Assembly (NCBI GenBank): GCA_041662205.1
Contig: JBAZSZ010000002.1
Location: forward strand, 103,266 to 167,265
Origin: Minisyncoccota bacterium
GTDB taxonomy: Bacteria > Patescibacteriota > Minisyncoccia > Phycocordibacterales > UBA9973
Length of the DNA: 64,000 bases
Direction: 5' to 3'
The notes under the pieces are model-generated. The model worked only from the letters and a program-made list of their open reading frames with translations. It was not told where the DNA came from and did not search any database. The position numbers were made by a program, and so were the translations under genes. Positions 1-9,890 of the stretch are shown here, piece after piece; position 1 is the first letter of the stretch; each line of letters starts with the position of its first letter.

Positions 1-2060
1 CAAATTTTTGGCTTCAGATTGTTAGTGTTAAATGTTACTGTTTCTCCTATCCCAGCATTTTCCATATTTGCGAATGCGACAGGGGCGTTTGTTGGCCATG
101 CAGCATTCCCCCCCCATACATTGAGTCTTTCATACTCATTTTTTAATTCCGCATACCACTGATCGATATTATTGGGGTCTGTGGTCACTATCATATTACT
201 GTTAGCAATTTGGTTGATTTGAGCCATACCCATAGATATAAATGATTTTGCTGCCGAAGTGTCAGCCACAAAATATACCGCTTGTCCTGGGTATAATCTT
301 ATATTGAACTCAGTTTGGCCTAGCGCAAGGGGGACGTACTGGTGATTAGTGGGATTCTCAGACTGAGATATTGGAGTAGTAGTACCCACGGTAATATTTA
401 CGACGACATTTTTAACGGGATTAGAAGAATCTTTTATTTTCACAAAGGTGGCGCCATCGGCTATCCCCGATACGATCAAGTTTGCACCAGAGAGGAGAGC
501 TATAGCAACAGCTTCATTAGAATTTGTTTGGATAGAATAAGGTTCTGCCCCTCCGGATATTGCGGTGATAATTTGGCTACCTGTACCAGCAGTAGTTGAA
601 ATATTTGCCGGAGTAGATATTAGGTCTCCAATGTTGTTTACAGTAATATTTACAGTTTTAGTTTTAACTGGGATAGATGTGTCTTGTACTATTATTGAAG
701 TTGTGCCCTTGGTGACACCAACAATTGTGAGTTTTTGAAGAGAGCCAGAAACATCAATAGAGGCAATAGCTATGGCTGTCGATGCTTCTGGTTGAGGTTG
801 GATACTATAAATTCCTGAACCTCCTGATATTACCGTGCTAGCCGTAGCCCCGACAGTTACCGAAGCATTGTCTGGGACGATTAAATCATCAGCGGTGGGA
901 GTACTGCCATCTAAAGTAACACCATCATAACTAAAATTATCTACTGTTGATGGAGTGCCACTTATTGCACCAGAGAGAGCGTTCAAGCCTTTATTTAAAA
1001 AGTGAGTTAAAAGGGCGTCAAAAATACTAGACAAGCTATTCCCTATTGCTCCATCAAGTGCAGTTGTTAGAAATGGAGAGTTGAGTGCAGACATTACTTG
1101 GTTGGCTGCTACCGAACCGGGAGTAGTATTTTTTAAACCACCTGGGCAATCGTTTGTTAATGCCCATGTAGCTTTAGCTGCTGCTTCGTTTGCGTAATAG
1201 TCATGAATATAGTCGTCGTATGCTTGTTGTTGTGCTGGATCTGTTGGAATATTATTGCCTTCAGAATCTAATCCTCCCCCTGTTACTGTGGGAGGATTAA
1301 AGGCAACAGGATTTTGGAAACTTGGTCTGTTAAATTCGTTGGTACCATTGTTGTAACTAGGATTAGATGGACAAGTTTGTGGAGAAAGAAAACCCATGCC
1401 TTGTTGAAGTAGAGATTGATATTTTTGCGCTGGCGCTTGGACTGTGTCTCGAAGTTGTAGGGCAAGGTAATCAGTCATTTGCATTTGGGATCCTATATAA
1501 TTGTTTTGAGGGTACTGGGTGTTTATTAAAAATCCATTCCATCCACCGACGTTAAAATTATTTCTATAACTCTCAGCTTGTGCCCCATTCATTACCTTGC
1601 TCAAGGTGTACCCCATATTATTGGAAAGCTGGCTTTTGTAACTATTTATGGCATTTAGGGCAAATTGTTTTCCGAAAGGATAAAGCAAACTATCATAGCC
1701 AAAAGTATTTACTACATTTTTTAGTTCAGATTTTGCTATATCATTAAAGAAAGAGGTTGGATTTTCTAAAAAAAGTGGTGATCCATGAAAATCAGAATTT
1801 ATCCAATTTATAGTAGATTGGGTCATTTTTGCTAAAAGTTGCTTTGCGATTGTTTTAAGTAATTGTTCACCGATACGTTTAGCCCAATCTTTAAAGGTCC
1901 AAGCCTCAGTTAAATAATCATTAACTGGTACGCCTACTGGTACTACAGCAGCTCTTACTTGTCTTGGTATAGAAAATAAAATAGTGGGAGTAATGATAGA
2001 AATAATTAAAAGAGCAGAGATAAATTTTACTGTTTTATTTTTGGTTGAAATTTTTTCCAT
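1..2060 (-). CDS. Secreted protein with bacterial Ig-like (Big-2-type) domains, truncated by the window edge (start codon near 2058-2060, 3' end outside the window)
   Basis: Open reading frame with no stops on the minus strand from ATG at about 2060 to position 1, found by manual translation and absent from the ORF track because it lacks an in-window stop. It has an N-terminal signal peptide-like segment (MEKISTKNKTVKFISALLIISIITP...) and repeated segments such as GTTSIIVQDTSIPVKTKTVNITV that are typical of Ig-like folds. Confidence 0.6.
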   Translation of the reverse strand, partial: MEKISTKNKTVKFISALLIISIITPTILFSIPRQVRAAVVPVGVPVNDYLTEAWTFKDWAKRIGEQLLKTIAKQLLAKMTQSTINWINSDFHGSPLFLENPTSFFNDIAKSELKNVVNTFGYDSLLYPFGKQFALNAINSYKSQLSNNMGYTLSKVMNGAQAESYRNNFNVGGWNGFLINTQYPQNNYIGSQMQMTDYLALQLRDTVQAPAQKYQSLLQQGMGFLSPQTCPSNPSYNNGTNEFNRPSFQNPVAFNPPTVTGGGLDSEGNNIPTDPAQQQAYDDYIHDYYANEAAAKATWALTNDCPGGLKNTTPGSVAANQVMSALNSPFLTTALDGAIGNSLSSIFDALLTHFLNKGLNALSGAISGTPSTVDNFSYDGVTLDGSTPTADDLIVPDNASVTVGATASTVISGGSGIYSIQPQPEASTAIAIASIDVSGSLQKLTIVGVTKGTTSIIVQDTSIPVKTKTVNITVNNIGDLISTPANISTTAGTGSQIITAISGGAEPYSIQTNSNEAVAIALLSGANLIVSGIADGATFVKIKDSSNPVKNVVVNITVGTTTPISQSENPTNHQYVPLALGQTEFNIRLYPGQAVYFVADTSAAKSFISMGMAQINQIANSNMIVTTDPNNIDQWYAELKNEYERLNVWGGNAAWPTNAPVAFANMENAGIGETVTFNTNNLKPKI

Positions 2061-2098
2061 TTTCTTTTATTTACTTTCTTTATTGTATAATTTTTTAC

Positions 2099-3025
2099 TT
2101 AGTTATTCAATTTTTGTTTAATAGTGTCTGTTAGATTTTTAGCGGAAGATGTTAAGGCAAAGGCATTTTTTTCATATTGGACTATGGCGCCTATTGCTAC
2201 TATCGGATCATTCTCAAAAAGTTTTAGATCGCTTACGGTTTCTTTAATTTTTTGAGAATTATTTATTAAATTTAAATGCAACAAAGAGAGAGATTGTGGT
2301 ACTGGTAGTTTTAATGATTCATTAATAATCTGATTTGTTTGATTAATGACTGAATCAAGTTCTGCTAATTTTGCAGTGTTTGTTTCATCTGCTATAAATT
2401 CTTCCAAGATGGCTGGTACTCCTTTTTTAATGCGGTGTTTTATATAAATATTATTTAAAGAGTCGCTGTATTTTTGGATAACAAGTTTTGTTTCAGTATT
2501 AATGATTTTAATATCAGAAATTCTATAGATTTTTCTTTGGGTAGAATTTTCTATTTTATCGGATAGAGAATTACTTAAGGCATCTATTGTTTCTTGGTCT
2601 ACTTGACCATTTTGACTTAGGGCTGTAACTGTCGCAAAAAGCTCTCTGGAGAATTTGTCCGTTTGAGTTAGGTTTTCTGCACCTGTGGGACCTCCAATAG
2701 TAGCACTAGCACCGGCTTTTTTTTCTTGTTCAGCTCTTAATTTACTTAAGGTAATGCTGTCAGGTGTCCCCAAGGTAGTTTCTTTTTTGTTCGGGTCAAG
2801 ACCATATAAGCTTTCTTGCCAATCCGGTATTCCATCACTGTCGGTATCTTTGTCTACTAGATCTAGTATGGTGGCATTCTCATCATAAGTCAGACCATTT
2901 TTTGTATTATTTTCTTGATTAGATATTTTAGTATTTTTGAATAGAGATGTCTTTTGAAAAATTAAAAGTACCACTAAAAAAAGCACCGCTAAGATGATTA
3001 GAATTATCTTTTTGTGTTTTACCAA
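2099..3025 (-). CDS. Membrane-anchored hypothetical protein with a DxDxDG calcium-binding (thrombospondin type 3-like) motif
   Basis: ORF track, 308 aa, with an N-terminal hydrophobic helix and the motif DKDTDSDGIPDWQE. Confidence 0.55.
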   Translation of the reverse strand: MVKHKKIILIILAVLFLVVLLIFQKTSLFKNTKISNQENNTKNGLTYDENATILDLVDKDTDSDGIPDWQESLYGLDPNKKETTLGTPDSITLSKLRAEQEKKAGASATIGGPTGAENLTQTDKFSRELFATVTALSQNGQVDQETIDALSNSLSDKIENSTQRKIYRISDIKIINTETKLVIQKYSDSLNNIYIKHRIKKGVPAILEEFIADETNTAKLAELDSVINQTNQIINESLKLPVPQSLSLLHLNLINNSQKIKETVSDLKLFENDPIVAIGAIVQYEKNAFALTSSAKNLTDTIKQKLNN

Positions 3026-3127
3026 AAATATTTTAATAACAATCTAATTGTAACATCTCTTTTAAAAGGAAACTAGGTTTTTGGGGATATCTATGTCTTA
3101 TTTTATAATTATAGTATAATTTATTCC

Positions 3128-4126
3128 ATGAGACTGTTTTTTATTTTTTTATTTCTTATTTTCTCTTTACTTTTTTCTTCACAGACAGCTTTTGCAGTTT
3201 CTACAACCTCAGCTTCCTCTGATTGCAGTATTACTCTTAAATTAAAAGTAGGTTCAAAGGGTATCGAAGTAGAATGTCTTCAAAGAAAAATAGGGATTGT
3301 GGCTGATGGAAGCTTTGGACCTTTGACTAAAGCTAAAATTGTAGTTTTTCAATCAAATAATGGTTTAAAGATTGACGGAATAGTCGGTCCGCTCACACGG
3401 ACGGCTCTAAATGGTATAAAAGTAGGTAATATTTACCCAGAAGGTTGTATCTCAAATGTAGGATATAGTCCAACGACTGGCAAAAAATGTGATGGTACTG
3501 TAAAAAGTGTTGTAAATAAAGGCTTTAATCCTACTTCTATTCTTACCCCTACTCTTACTCCAAAACTTACTTCCAATAATGTAAATATGGATCAATTTAT
3601 TAAAACAGTGGTAGAAGTAAGTAGAAAATCTGGTTCCAGTGAAGCAAATCTTAAAATCATAGCGGATACTCTCAGGGAAACAATTCTAAATAGTGATGTT
3701 GATTATAATAAAAAATTTGAAGAATTGTTGACCAATGAAAGTAAATTGAGCACTAATTTAAAAACTAATATTTTTGCTTCTGTGTTTGATAAAGTTCTTA
3801 CAAAGACTTTTTCCTTTTTAGGGATTAAGCCTTCTATGGCTTTTGCTGCAACTGGTATACCGTTTGGTGGAGCTTTACTCTTTCCTTTTTTTTGTGAATA
3901 TAATGCAAGCTGGATGATAACTGTTTCACCTCTTCCCCCAACTTTTGTAACCCTTCTCTCTTATTATCCGGGAACTCAAGGATTTGCGAGTTATAATATA
4001 CCTTTTACTCGTTGGTTGCTCGGTGAATATGTAACACCTGGCGTTTGTTTAATACCAGGTGACCCTGTTATTGTTATTCCCACTACAGGTACTATTACTC
4101 CAAAGGTAGGTTCTTCTCCTATTTAG
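3128..4126 (+). CDS. Secreted protein with two putative peptidoglycan-binding (PG_binding_1-like) repeats
   Basis: Signal peptide MRLFFIFLFLIFSLLFSSQTAFA, followed by two repeats of the form GSKGIEVECLQRKIGIVADGSFGPLTKAKIVVFQSNNGLKIDGIVGPLTRTAL. Confidence 0.6.
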   Translation: MRLFFIFLFLIFSLLFSSQTAFAVSTTSASSDCSITLKLKVGSKGIEVECLQRKIGIVADGSFGPLTKAKIVVFQSNNGLKIDGIVGPLTRTALNGIKVGNIYPEGCISNVGYSPTTGKKCDGTVKSVVNKGFNPTSILTPTLTPKLTSNNVNMDQFIKTVVEVSRKSGSSEANLKIIADTLRETILNSDVDYNKKFEELLTNESKLSTNLKTNIFASVFDKVLTKTFSFLGIKPSMAFAATGIPFGGALLFPFFCEYNASWMITVSPLPPTFVTLLSYYPGTQGFASYNIPFTRWLLGEYVTPGVCLIPGDPVIVIPTTGTITPKVGSSPI

Positions 4127-4961
4127 AAGCAAGAGAAATTAGTATTATCCAATCATTGAGCGATAAATCTTCTGCTCTTTTGTTTTCCAGAGATGCCAAA
4201 TCCTTGTTTTGGCAGACATTCTTTAAATTACCAGAGAGTTTTTTTCTTTTATGGGCGAAGCCTGCTTTTACTATTTCCCAAAATTTTTCTTCGTTTATTT
4301 TGTTTTTTATAAAAGTTTTCCTAGAAATATTTTTTATAGAGATAATAGCTGAATCAACTTTTGGTGCGGGAGAAAAATATCTAGCGGGTACCTTCATTAT
4401 TAATTTTGGATCTCCGTAAGCTTTGACTGAAATGGAAAGGATGCTCTCTTTTTGGTCACGAGCGATGATTCTTTTGGCTACTTCATGCTGGACCATCAGA
4501 ACCATAAGTTCTGGTTGATGCAAACCACCTAAAAATTTTTTTAGAATTGCGCCAGTGATATTGTAAGGAATGTTGGCGATTATCTTATAGCGAAGAGATC
4601 TTAAATTTTTAGAATGGTCTGGCCGGGATAGGGACCCGGAGAACCGAGGACTTGATAAAAATTTGAAAATCTCTTCGCTGATATTAAATTCTAAAATATC
4701 CTCATTTATTAAAATTAATTCCCCCCCAGCAATTTCTTTTTCAAACCTTTCTTTTAAAAATTCAAAAAGTTCTCGGTCTTTTTCTACTGCTATTACAGTT
4801 TCAGATTTTTCTAAAAGTTTTTTTGTGAGAGCTCCTTTCCCCGGCCCTATTTCTAAAATTACATCTCCCTTTTTTATTTCACCCGCTTCAATAATTTTTT
4901 TTAAAGCCAGTTCAGACTTTAAAAAATTTTGCCCTAGTGATTTTTTTGCTTTGTGTTGCAT
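4119..4961 (-). CDS. ksgA: 16S rRNA (adenine1518/1519-N6)-dimethyltransferase KsgA/RsmA, carrying an in-frame palindromic element insertion
   Basis: Motifs LGQNFL and EIGPGKGALT (SAM-binding) plus NIPYNIT. The inserted segment SSPRFSGSLSRPDHS is encoded by repeat copy A. Confidence 0.85.
   Translation of the reverse strand: MQHKAKKSLGQNFLKSELALKKIIEAGEIKKGDVILEIGPGKGALTKKLLEKSETVIAVEKDRELFEFLKERFEKEIAGGELILINEDILEFNISEEIFKFLSSPRFSGSLSRPDHSKNLRSLRYKIIANIPYNITGAILKKFLGGLHQPELMVLMVQHEVAKRIIARDQKESILSISVKAYGDPKLIMKVPARYFSPAPKVDSAIISIKNISRKTFIKNKINEEKFWEIVKAGFAHKRKKLSGNLKNVCQNKDLASLENKRAEDLSLNDWIILISLASK
4606..4660 (+). repeat. GC-rich palindromic element, copy A (core ~4614-4652) inside ksgA
   Basis: agaATGGTCTGGCCGGGATAGGGACCCGGAGAACCGAGGACttgataaaa. 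The central CCGGG-ata-ggga-CCCGG hairpin is flanked by the inverted repeats GGTCTGG/CCGAGGACC and by outer ttttnGA/TnAnAAAA arms. Confidence 0.8.
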
Positions 4962-4965
4962 ATAT

Positions 4966-7047
4966 TTATAAGTAAATTGTTTTTATTCCACTAGCCTCCC
5001 CTTCTTTTTCTAATAAATCTGCTGGAATATCAGAAATAAATTCTGATGGAGCATTGATGTTGCGTGATCCAAAAATAGTGCGGAAATTTGCAAAGGATAA
5101 AAATAATTTTCTTCGGGCGCGGGTGAGCGCTACATAGAAAAGCCTTCTTTCTTCTTCACTATCTTCTCCAGACTGTCTCTCTCCTTGTCTTTGGTGCGGG
5201 AAAAGTCCGTCTTCAAGTCCAGTAATAAAAACGTATTCAAATTCAAGGCCTTTTGAGGCATGTACTGTCATTAATTTTATGGCATTTATTGTTTCTTTTT
5301 TCTCCTGATTTATCATTAAAGAATCCTGATCTGAGGCAAGGGAGGCATCTTCTAGAAGTTTTTCTACCCCTGCTCCATTTGTTAAATTGTCATATTTAAG
5401 AGCAAGGGTGGCGAGTTCTTTAATGTTTTCTAGTCTTTCCATATCTTCTTCAGTACCATTTTGTAATTCTTGTTCTATTCCAGATTTTTTGATTACAAAT
5501 TTTATTAATTCACTTGCTTTCAAGTTCGCTATTTTTTCTTTTATTTCTTCTAGTGTTTCGTAAAATTTGCTGATTTTTAACTGCATTTTTATTGGTAAGG
5601 TTTCTTTTTGGTTGGCAAAAATTTTCATCAAAGTTACTTTGCCGATGCCTCGTGCCGGGAAATTTATTATTCTTTTTATGTCAGATAGGCTGTCAGGATT
5701 TAAAGCTGCGCGCAAATATGCGAGAGTGTCTTTAATTTCTTTTCTTTCAAAAAATTTAACCCCTAAAACTTGGTAAGGGATATTATATCGAAGCATCGCT
5801 TCTTCGAGTGCTCGTGATTGGAAATTTGCGCGATATAAAACTGCGACTTCGCTGGCGATGCTTTTGCTCAGGTTCTCGGTCCCCCGGGTCCCTATCCCGG
5901 CCAGACCATTCTCAAAAGCATCACCAGCCCCGTCTATAATTTCTAAAATTTTTGTCGCGACAAATTCGGCTTCATCAGTTTCATCCAGAGCTTCATAGAG
6001 ACTTATCTTTTCACCTTCCACATTTTTTGTAAATAAATTTTTATCTGGCCGGTATTTATTTTTTTTGATTACTTCATTTGCCGCTTCTAAAATATTTTGA
6101 GTAGATCTATAATTTTGTTCTAATAAAATTATTTTGGCATTTGGGTAATCTTTTTCAAAACTTAAAATGTTTTTCAAATTTGCTCCGCGCCAAGAGTAAA
6201 TATTTTGATCGGCATCACCAACTACACAAATATTTTTATTATTTTCAGAAAGTAGCTTAGACATCAAGTATTGCACTTCATTGGTGTCTTGATATTCATC
6301 CACATGGATATATTCCCATTTTTCTTGATAAATTTTTCTGATTTCTGCATTTTCTTTTAATAATTTTGTCGCTTTAAGGAGCAGATCATCAAAGTCTAAA
6401 GAATTCTCTTTCATTTTTTGCTTCTCATATAAATTCCAAACCTGCGCTACTATTTTTCCGAGAGGACTTGAGCCCCCCTCTTCCCTCTCCGCATAATCTG
6501 CTAAATGTACAAACTTTCCTTTTTCTCGCGAGATTATATTTTTTATTTTTTTTGGATCGTATTGTTTTGGATCTATGCCGAGTTCTTTTAAGATATTTTT
6601 AATAAGGGTAGTCGCATCTCCTTCATCTAAAATAGTGAAATATCTTGTAAGTCCTAATAATCTAGCATTTTCTTTTATTATATAAACTCCTAGAGAGTGA
6701 AAAGTGGATACGAAAGGCGCTTCACTGGGAATACTTTTTTGGATGGTCTGGCCGGGATAGGGACCCGGAGAACCGAGGACCTCCGAAAAAGCATTCCCAG
6801 TGAAGCTGTTTTTTATTGCAACATCAATTCTTTCACGCATTTCCTTGGCAGCTTTATTGGTGAATGTCACTGCCAGAATTTTATCAGGAGACACTCCATT
6901 TTTTATTAAATTTACAATTCGGTGCGTAATGGTTTTTGTTTTTCCAGCTCCAGCTCCAGCAATAATCAAAAGTGGTCCCTTCATATGAAGCGCCGCCTCT
7001 TTTTGTTCAGGATTTAGGCCTTTAAGATGTTTTTCGTCTGTATCCAC
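4966..7047 (-). CDS. uvrD: UvrD/PcrA-family ATP-dependent DNA helicase carrying two in-frame palindromic element insertions
   Basis: Walker A GAGAGKTKT, DEYQDTN, and the VLYRANFQSRALEEA helicase motifs. Two extra loop segments, SEVLGSPGPYPGQTIQ and LAGIGTRGTENLS, are encoded by repeat copies C and B. Confidence 0.85.
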   Translation of the reverse strand: MDTDEKHLKGLNPEQKEAALHMKGPLLIIAGAGAGKTKTITHRIVNLIKNGVSPDKILAVTFTNKAAKEMRERIDVAIKNSFTGNAFSEVLGSPGPYPGQTIQKSIPSEAPFVSTFHSLGVYIIKENARLLGLTRYFTILDEGDATTLIKNILKELGIDPKQYDPKKIKNIISREKGKFVHLADYAEREEGGSSPLGKIVAQVWNLYEKQKMKENSLDFDDLLLKATKLLKENAEIRKIYQEKWEYIHVDEYQDTNEVQYLMSKLLSENNKNICVVGDADQNIYSWRGANLKNILSFEKDYPNAKIILLEQNYRSTQNILEAANEVIKKNKYRPDKNLFTKNVEGEKISLYEALDETDEAEFVATKILEIIDGAGDAFENGLAGIGTRGTENLSKSIASEVAVLYRANFQSRALEEAMLRYNIPYQVLGVKFFERKEIKDTLAYLRAALNPDSLSDIKRIINFPARGIGKVTLMKIFANQKETLPIKMQLKISKFYETLEEIKEKIANLKASELIKFVIKKSGIEQELQNGTEEDMERLENIKELATLALKYDNLTNGAGVEKLLEDASLASDQDSLMINQEKKETINAIKLMTVHASKGLEFEYVFITGLEDGLFPHQRQGERQSGEDSEEERRLFYVALTRARRKLFLSFANFRTIFGSRNINAPSEFISDIPADLLEKEGEASGIKTIYL
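5862..5919 (-). repeat. Palindromic element copy B (reverse orientation) inside uvrD
   Basis: ggttctcggtcccccgggtccctatcccggccagaccat, the reverse complement of the family core with variant termini. Confidence 0.8.
6737..6792 (+). repeat. Palindromic element copy C inside uvrD
   Basis: ggATGGTCTGGCCGGGATAGGGACCCGGAGAACCGAGGACCtccgaaaaag. The 39-nt core is identical to copy A. Confidence 0.8.
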
Positions 7048-7081
7048 GCATTTAATATAGCATGAATTTATTTTCTTAGAC

Positions 7082-9838
7082 TTATTTTCTTAAATTTTCT
7101 TCAAAAATTTCTAGTTTTCCAGTTGCTGTTAATTTTTGTAAGCAACGAGCGATAAAATGCTCACTACTTTCAGCTCCTATTCCAAGGAAACCTGATTTTG
7201 GTTTAAGTTCTGCGTGGTTTTTAAGTATATTTAAATAACCTGATAAGTGGTTTGCTGTCGGATCAGCACTTGGATTTTCTTGATATTCTAGAACTTCATC
7301 CGCTCTTAGTTTAAAACTATTTGATAAGTTATGCCACGTTATTGTTTTTTCCTCTAATAAGAAATCTACGCCATCGTCTTTGGCTTCATAAGCTTGCATT
7401 AATTTTTCCCCAGATAGACCATAAGGATTTTCTGCAAATTCAGGATGTTCTAATAAAATATTATTTTCCTCATGTGAAATATCTAAAAATGGATCATTGA
7501 GATATACATTTCCACCCCCTGTTTGTATTTCATTGCCTGTATGTCTTACTTCGCCGGTTGTTACTTTCATTCCAGTTGTGTATTTCGTGCCTGTGGAATA
7601 TGTTTTATTTCCTAAGGTAGGTTTTTTTATTTCAGTAGTGTCTGTAATGTTTGTTTTGGCTGTTTCAGTATCTATATCATATTGCATTTTTAATCTTGCT
7701 TTTGCTACTTCTATATTTGAATTTAATTCTTTTATTTTAGCATTTGATGCTTCTAATTCTTCAGCCGGGGTAAGTTTTGGAGGTGTTTCAGGTTCAGGCG
7801 TTGTCATGGGTGTAGGTTCAAGTTGTTCCGAGGTTGAAGTTTCGGGAACTTCAGTATCATTTTCATTTTCAAGCATTTCGTTCGCACTTTTTGTTGAAAT
7901 TTTCGCACTTCCATCTGAATCAAACATTTTTTCCGCATAGTATTCGACGTCTTCTCCTGTTTTTGCATCATGAAAAATTAAATTTCCCTGCGCATCAAAT
8001 TTTAAAGTCGAACCTTCTCGAATCAACGCACTTTCTTCAGGACTATTTGGATCATAAAGTCCGAGATTTTTTGCTCCCTCTATCGCATCGGTTTTCATAA
8101 AATCTTGAACACTTTTTGGTGCATTGGAATAATCCTCATTATATTGTTCTGCAATTTGCTTTTTCAAATCTAAAATCCCTTGTATTCCACCTTTTCCATT
8201 TTCAAACTTAATTCCCTCGTTAGTAAATCCTTTAACCGTTTGTGCAAACTTTGGAGTTTCTGGTGTTGGTGTTGCGTCTTGAGGTGCGGGTGCCTTAAAG
8301 GATTCTGTGGGCGCAGGTTTTGTTGCCTGTTCTTCTATCGCTGGAGCTGTACTAGGTGCAGGCTTTGGCGCAGGTGCTGATTTTTCTACCCCTCCCTTTT
8401 TTTCTCCACTAAAGATATTTTTTATAAATTTTCCAGCTCCATCAATTGGGTGAATGCCGTGAGATGTTAAAACCCGTGATATATTCTCAAATATTTTTTC
8501 TGCAGATAGGGCTAGTGTTTCTACCGTTACCACTGCGACGACAGTCTTTCCAGCTGTCTGCGCATAGCGACCAGCCATAGCCAGTCCGTCCACCGTACCG
8601 TATTGTGTAATAATACGATCACAATCTTCCAAATTTTTTCTTTCTTTTGTTAAAAGTTTTTCTATTGCCGTTTCTTTTTGTTCATGTGTAAGTCCCATAT
8701 CTCCTTGTATCTTTGTGATTTTTATATCAAGAAGAGCTAATCCACCCTCGATATCTGTTTTTAATATTTTTTGTATAAAAGAATTTGCAACATCAGGTAT
8801 TTTTAATCTTTCTTGTAAATCTTTAGGCATTTCCATCAAATAAGCTTTTTTTAATGCTTCTGCGGAAACGGAAATATTTCCATCCCACGCTCTATAATAT
8901 ATATTCCAAGCTTCTTCTTCTGCACGTTCCATATCCTCAATTCTGGTTTTTTCTATTACCTTTTCATTTTTTAAACGAGCTTCTTTACCTGCTTCAGCTA
9001 TACGAGTGGTCGCCATGCCTCCCATCATCACATAACGCAAAGGTGAAGCTAGAGATGCACCAGTTAAATCAGTAACCATTCTGCCGTATCTCACAACATT
9101 TCCAAAAAGAAGGCTTGCATTTGAAAGTCTGTGTTTTTCTTTGCCACTAGTAGTATCTTCAGCTTTTTTTACAGCAACTTTTGCGTCCCGTTCAAAACCG
9201 TTTCGCATTTCTGCAAAAAATCTTCCAGCCGTTCCTTTCTTGTCAATTTTCTTTAGTGCTTGATTAAAAGCCCCAGCAAAAAGATCATTTTTCGCCTTTT
9301 CAACTTTAAAACCAATAGTACTCAACCCCCAACCGATTTTTTCTTTATCTTTCGGTGAAAGATTTTTTAATTCTTCTTCTACCTCAACTTCTTCGGGAGT
9401 TTTTGGGGCACTTTCTTTTTTAGGTTCAACTTTGAGTCTGATGGTTTTCAATGCATCTATTATCCTTTTATATTCTTTTATTTCTTCAGTACAAGCATTT
9501 ATATTTTTTTGTTTCGTTGTTTCATTGTATTCTTTATCTTCTAACCAAGAATTTAATAATTCCTCAGCATCGCTTCTTTTTTCACTAAAATATGTTATTG
9601 GATCAGATTCTAATAATTTTACAGATTTTTCACAGTGTTTGATCATATTTTCATCTTGTTGTTCTGTAAAATCTTTCAAGATACTTTTTTCTTTTTTTAA
9701 TTCTTCATCAATAATGTTTTTAACATCTTCAGGTAATTCTGTATTTTCTTTTTTCCCTTCTCTTTTTTTATCTTCCTTAATACCTTTTTCAATTTTTTTA
9801 TTAAGAGCCGTGTTCGGCATTAGATTTATTCTTTTCAT
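7082..9838 (-). CDS. Large hypothetical protein (918 aa) with a Pro/Ala/Thr-rich linker
   Basis: ORF track. I recognise no catalytic motifs. It contains a PAPKPAPSTAP...TPTPETPK low-complexity linker. Confidence 0.5.
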   Translation of the reverse strand: MKRINLMPNTALNKKIEKGIKEDKKREGKKENTELPEDVKNIIDEELKKEKSILKDFTEQQDENMIKHCEKSVKLLESDPITYFSEKRSDAEELLNSWLEDKEYNETTKQKNINACTEEIKEYKRIIDALKTIRLKVEPKKESAPKTPEEVEVEEELKNLSPKDKEKIGWGLSTIGFKVEKAKNDLFAGAFNQALKKIDKKGTAGRFFAEMRNGFERDAKVAVKKAEDTTSGKEKHRLSNASLLFGNVVRYGRMVTDLTGASLASPLRYVMMGGMATTRIAEAGKEARLKNEKVIEKTRIEDMERAEEEAWNIYYRAWDGNISVSAEALKKAYLMEMPKDLQERLKIPDVANSFIQKILKTDIEGGLALLDIKITKIQGDMGLTHEQKETAIEKLLTKERKNLEDCDRIITQYGTVDGLAMAGRYAQTAGKTVVAVVTVETLALSAEKIFENISRVLTSHGIHPIDGAGKFIKNIFSGEKKGGVEKSAPAPKPAPSTAPAIEEQATKPAPTESFKAPAPQDATPTPETPKFAQTVKGFTNEGIKFENGKGGIQGILDLKKQIAEQYNEDYSNAPKSVQDFMKTDAIEGAKNLGLYDPNSPEESALIREGSTLKFDAQGNLIFHDAKTGEDVEYYAEKMFDSDGSAKISTKSANEMLENENDTEVPETSTSEQLEPTPMTTPEPETPPKLTPAEELEASNAKIKELNSNIEVAKARLKMQYDIDTETAKTNITDTTEIKKPTLGNKTYSTGTKYTTGMKVTTGEVRHTGNEIQTGGGNVYLNDPFLDISHEENNILLEHPEFAENPYGLSGEKLMQAYEAKDDGVDFLLEEKTITWHNLSNSFKLRADEVLEYQENPSADPTANHLSGYLNILKNHAELKPKSGFLGIGAESSEHFIARCLQKLTATGKLEIFEENLRK

Positions 9839-9890
9839 AAGTATTTATATTATATATTTTTTAATTTTTAATACCAAATTTAGGTTAAAA

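Noticed and set aside
342-1555. Small plus-strand ORFs 342..599 and 1367..1555 and the minus-strand ORF 1283..1465
   Set aside because: All lie inside, or out of frame with, the long uninterrupted minus-strand ORF (1..2060) that encodes a coherent signal-peptide/Ig-like protein.
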